Shown: positions 59,410 through 64,000 of the stretch, piece by piece
Numbering within the stretch: position 1 is the first letter of the stretch
How the letters are laid out: each line of letters starts with the position of its first letter
Origin: Glycera tridactyla
Lineage: Eukaryota
Assembly: GCA_965644265.1 (NCBI GenBank)
Contig: OZ286467.1
Coordinates: 1,116,001-1,180,000 of the forward strand
Length of the DNA: 64,000 nucleotides
Direction of reading: 5' to 3'
The notes under the pieces: model-generated
Told to the model about the DNA's origin: nothing
The model's database searches: none
What the model saw: only the letters and a program-made list of their open reading frames with translations
Made by a program: the position numbers and the translations under genes

Positions 59410-60883
59410 CTCTAACTAGTGATGTGCCGATGTTCGACTAGAGTCGATGTCGTTTCGATAGCTCTGACAAATCAGATATTCAAATGCCAAGTCAATGTTT
59501 GATTTTGTTTCAGTGATCCATCTGCAACCCTCACGCTCTTCTCAGCCTGCCAGGACTCATTGCTTTCATAAACACCAGACCAATTGATTTTGATGGTGAA
59601 TGCATCCACATCTGAACACAGCAGCAGCTCACATTTCCCCCTTCTTGCTCCTTCCAAGCCCTCCTAGCCACATGCAGGAAAAAATGTGCTCAATGAGTAA
59701 ATAGATAATAATTGGTTACACTGGAAACTGAATAGAGCCTTGCACAGTTTTCAGGTTATGCAAATGGACTCAACACCTGAATGTTATTTCCTCCAGGAGC
59801 CAAATGCAAGAATTTGCCAGTGAAGGTATGTGAGACAGAAATCAAACATTGTTTGAAGTTTGTTTGGTTTTGAAGATCGAACTTCAAACATGGAAAAAAT
59901 CAAATCCAAAACGAGCTCTAGCCATGAATGGGGATCCAACTTGTAGAGATTTTTCTGACTGTCAGTCACTTCCACTTGACAATATTTCAGACTCTCCAAC
60001 ATCTTGTGTTCAGGGTTCATGTAAGTGATGCCTGCAGGAGACAGAACACACAACATACGTAATCCTTTGGTGTGATTCATGCCACTGAACCTCAACCAAA
60101 CTGAACAAAACCAATCCATAACAAACACACTCGTCTATAACCTGGCGGAACCTGGTATTCTACATCCGCTGACAACAAATGAGTCATCTGAATATGAAAT
60201 ACAGTCGAACCTGTCTATAAAGACTGCCTTTGGTCGCATCAAAAAGCGGTCTTTATAGGCAGGTGGCCAAGACATCGCGAAATGAAAGTAATTGACTGTG
60301 GTTCTTGACATCTCTGGCGACTAGACACGTGGCAATGAGGACATTTATCTTTATATATCACCCCAGCATCTCCATGTAACATCACCTGGTTTCATGGCTC
60401 GTGCGATGGCCGTATCTCCACTGTCTCACATGCAATATTCGCCGATAAAGTGAGTGGATTTGCCATAAAAATGCAATGAAATGATAGTGTATCCTCTTCA
60501 GAAGCATGCAGACTACCCAGAACTAGGCTCCATAATCACCAGGAGACCTATACAATCCATTTGTGCCATTAAATCTCAAATCAGATAAGAAATAGCGAAT
60601 TTAGTCTGTGAAATGTACCCGCCACATTTGGATTTGACAGAGTTTAGTCTTGCCCGAGGTTTCTGTGTTTGTTAGATTTCTTTGAATGAACAAACCTACT
60701 TTGGAGATTTTAAGTTATATTTCCCCAGACTAGCACTGATAGTACATGCAATCTGAATAGGGAATTCTGGGAATGGATCCACCAGTTGTGGGCAAGATCA
60801 GGGGTTATGCCAAATATACAACATTTATCAAAGAGGTCTATATTTTTTAAGAGCTACGTGTATTATTTCCTGTCTTTGTGAAA

Positions 60884-61063
60884 TACAGTGAAACCTGTCT
60901 TAAGTGAAAAGTCACGGGACCAAATTTTTCTCCCACTTAAGACAGGATTTTGCTTAGCGCAGGACAATTATAGTGAGGAAAAATATCCGAGCAGACCGTG
61001 GGGTATGTGCCTAAGACAGGATTTCGCCTAGCGCAGGTTTACACTCAAGCAGGTTTTACTGTA
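60884..61063. mobile_element. MITE family 3 copy
   Basis: Same sequence as the 42342 copy; near-identical inverted copy at 62506-62685. Confidence 0.78.
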
Positions 61064-61736
61064 GTATTGATTATTCCAAGGAAGATATATTCTAGTCAAC
61101 TGTTTCGATCATCCATACATTTTGTCGCTTTGCTGCTTTCAATGATATATATGTCGTTATATTTTAGTTACTCAATCAGAACCCAGCTGGGAACCATGGA
61201 TCCATGTTTCGAAACAGTCCTGACTGTCCACTTTGTGATAAACTGATTTTGCACTTATATCGTCGTCTATTTAGGATATTTTGTCTATTCTCGTGATGGG
61301 CTACCTCTGAATTGTGACAGGGTTAAATGCACACAAATATCATTTACCTTTTTTCTTTTACCTGGCTAAGGTTCTCACAATCAACTAGTTGAGCTAATCC
61401 TTTTTATTGGCATTAGAATAAATTTGGCTTATATATTTTTTACAGCCAGAGACTTCAGCCAGAACTTGTATCAGTCTAAGGAACATACTTTCAACATATA
61501 CTGTGAAACCTCTTTTGAGAGACTGCTTTTCATGGTTCATTTCTTTCTAGCATAGTCAAATATACCTCCAATGAGAGACCACCTCTCTCTCAAGGCCACT
61601 TGTGGTTGACATTTGGGGCAGTCTCTCAAAAGAGGTTTTACTGTACTACAATTTCACAGATCAGATCTGAACATGGTTTTTCACTGATGACCTGTCCTAA
61701 TTCATCATTTCTTCATCTGTGTCCCTCTGAGTGAAG

Positions 61737-61905
61737 TACAGTCGAACCTCTCTATAAAGACCGCCTTCGGTCGCGTCGAAAAGCGGTCCTTACAAGGAGG
61801 TGGTCTTTATAGGGAGGTCATTTACTGTTGAAATTACTACCACAGTGGTCTTTATAGGGAGGTGGTCTTTATAGAGAGGTGGTCGTTAGAGGAGGTTCGA
61901 CTGTA
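61737..61905. mobile_element. MITE family 1 copy
   Basis: tacagtcgaacc ... ggttcgactgta. Confidence 0.78.
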
Positions 61906-62505
61906 CATACCAGTTGCTCAGATGTGAGAAACTGGTATAGACACCACTCAGAGGGACACAAGCACTCATATGGGAGAACCTGTATCGAGCAATCACCCTC
62001 AGAAAACCAAAATTGGTTGCTTTATACAGGTACATTCGAACCTGTCTACAAAGACCACCTCTGGCAGGTGAGTGATTAGGACAGGTAATTTTGACAGTCT
62101 ACCTGCCCTATTGACAGATTTGTCACAAATATTCAGTCTATGATCAAATTCAGGAGAGCAAGAGGAAATATGCGGCAGGGCTGGTGAGAATTCCACTTCT
62201 GTCTGAACAACAGCGGAATAAAGTAGTAGAGCCATGCTCAGTTGCATTAGAGTGGACTTTGTAGAGAGATAATTTACTGTTGAAAATACTTGAGATGTCT
62301 CAAAGCAGTTTTGACTGTGCAGTCGAACCAGTTCTAAGCAGCTGCCCTTCAGGAAGGCAAAAAGTGGCTGCTTATATATAGGGTAGGTGGCTTATGTGAA
62401 AATATAGTGAATTATAGTGAAAAAACGTCCAGTGGGAAATTCAAAAGTGGCTGCTTAGGGCAGGTGGCTGCTTAGTACAGTGGCTGCTTAGGGCGGGTTA
62501 GAATC

Positions 62506-62685
62506 TACAGTAAAACCTGCTTGAGTGTAAACCTGCGCTAGGCGAAATCCTGTCTTAGGCACATACCCCACGGTCTGCTCGGATATTTTTTCTCACTATA
62601 ATTGTCCTGCGCTAAGCAAAATCCTGTCTTAAGTGGGAGAAAAATTTGGTCCCGTGACTTTTCACTTAAGACAGGTTTTACTGTA
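62506..62685. mobile_element. MITE family 3 copy, inverted relative to 60884-61063
   Basis: Reverse complement of the 60884 copy. Confidence 0.78.
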
Positions 62686-64000
62686 TATTGTAATGGGAAA
62701 TACTCTGGTTGAGAATCAGAAAGTGGTTGTTTAAAATGGGTGGTTGCTGAATCTGGTCATTGCTTAATACAGCATCTACTGTACTTTTCTAGAGGCATGT
62801 TACCTTCACATTGTGACTTAGTTATTGAGCATCTCTTCACCGTAATCTCCGGGCCCGGTATCCACGTCTCTCATCCGGAATATATGGGTGTCAGATACCA
62901 TGACAGAGACACGCTCTCAAGGACTAATGTCCGAGTACTTGTAGTTGCAATAATCACCATTGATTTATTGGGAAGGAGAGTCACATTCATAGCCCATCAG
63001 GGTTATATCATGTGAAACATTTGTGTATCGAACATCGAAGAATAACAAAAATAAACTGAGGTGCATTGTGAGAGTCATTCACTTACACATTGCTACCAAT
63101 TTCCAGAAAATTTTCATAAATCTGAAAAATTGGTGAAAAATATTAATTTCAGAAATGGCTAAAATCTGGTTTGGAGTTTCAGGACAAATACTTTTGATGA
63201 TATGTGGGGGGGGGGGGGGGTAGTGTCAGAAAATGTTAACATATTTCCAAAAAATTAGCTTCATCTCATTGGCATCACACCACTGCTTACAAGAGAGTTG
63301 ACCAGTATGTCATATTCCATCTGGTGATATATTTAGAGGTTGTTTCACATCTCATGAGCTCCATTCAGGCTATATTGAGATACCCATGAGAGGGGGAAGG
63401 GGTTAGGTCGTCCCAGGCACCTCCTTTTGGGGTCCAACTGAAACGTGAAGTGATGTGAAAAGCACCAAGTCAAAAGTGTCATTTGAGACTATCCATCTAG
63501 TAACATCAGCCAGAGACCGACATTTTGGAGAGAGCGGGTGGGCAAAAATACCAAGGTGGTCCGAGGAAGTTGGGCGTTTCTGAAAAATGAGGGGCATTCC
63601 TAAAAAATGTTTTCTCAGATGGAAATGAATCATACAACAGTTGCATTAACATATTCATATATATTACAAGTAATTATATGCAGACATCAACTTGCACAGA
63701 GAAAGCAATGACAAAAATCAGTATGAGAAGATAATAAACATCATCATGACAATCATTGACTCATATCACTGATGCCTGGCTTATGACAGCAGATGGGTGA
63801 TTTTGTGCCCATAATGTAATTCAAACAAGGCCACAGAGAGGCAAGATACCCCGCACACGGTAGCACAGTGGGTCACCCATATCGTACATGGGAGCAAAGT
63901 GGGTTACCATATCGGAAAAGTTCAGTGAGATGTTCGGTTGGCTATGTAATAAGTCACTGGATCACTGTGTAGAATGTGAAAATCTAATACCGTCAAATCT

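Noticed and set aside
1-64000. Assigning a gene symbol such as lola or mod(mdg4)
   Set aside because: No BTB or other constant exon is in the window; the resemblance is architectural and orthology cannot be shown.

Overview
Eukaryotic (animal, probably marine invertebrate; species not determinable here) genomic DNA with four N-gaps. The dominant structure is an array of 17 co-oriented (+ strand) coding segments spread over about 59 kb. Each ends in its own stop codon. Fifteen encode C2H2/C2HC zinc fingers and two encode basic helical repeats. Of the 16 whose 5' boundary is visible, 15 begin right after a canonical pyrimidine-tract/YAG splice acceptor in the same phase (phase 0), and 10 of those acceptors end in TTGCAG. 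This fits one gene with many mutually exclusive 3'-terminal exons, each supplying a different C-terminal domain to a shared N-terminus that would lie upstream, outside the window. That is the lola/mod(mdg4) type of architecture. The constant exons are not visible, so the model is an inference. The spacers hold TA-flanked MITEs, CAGGG-ended non-autonomous DNA elements, Helentron-associated (HINE/DINE-1-like) elements, a 5'-truncated CR1/L2-type LINE, a co-oriented ~200-bp dispersed repeat, and several mini- and microsatellites. A gap-bounded segment occurs twice (24.2-30.1 kb and 30.4-33.3 kb); the copies differ mainly by a LINE and a HINE insertion and may be two haplotypes assembled in tandem.
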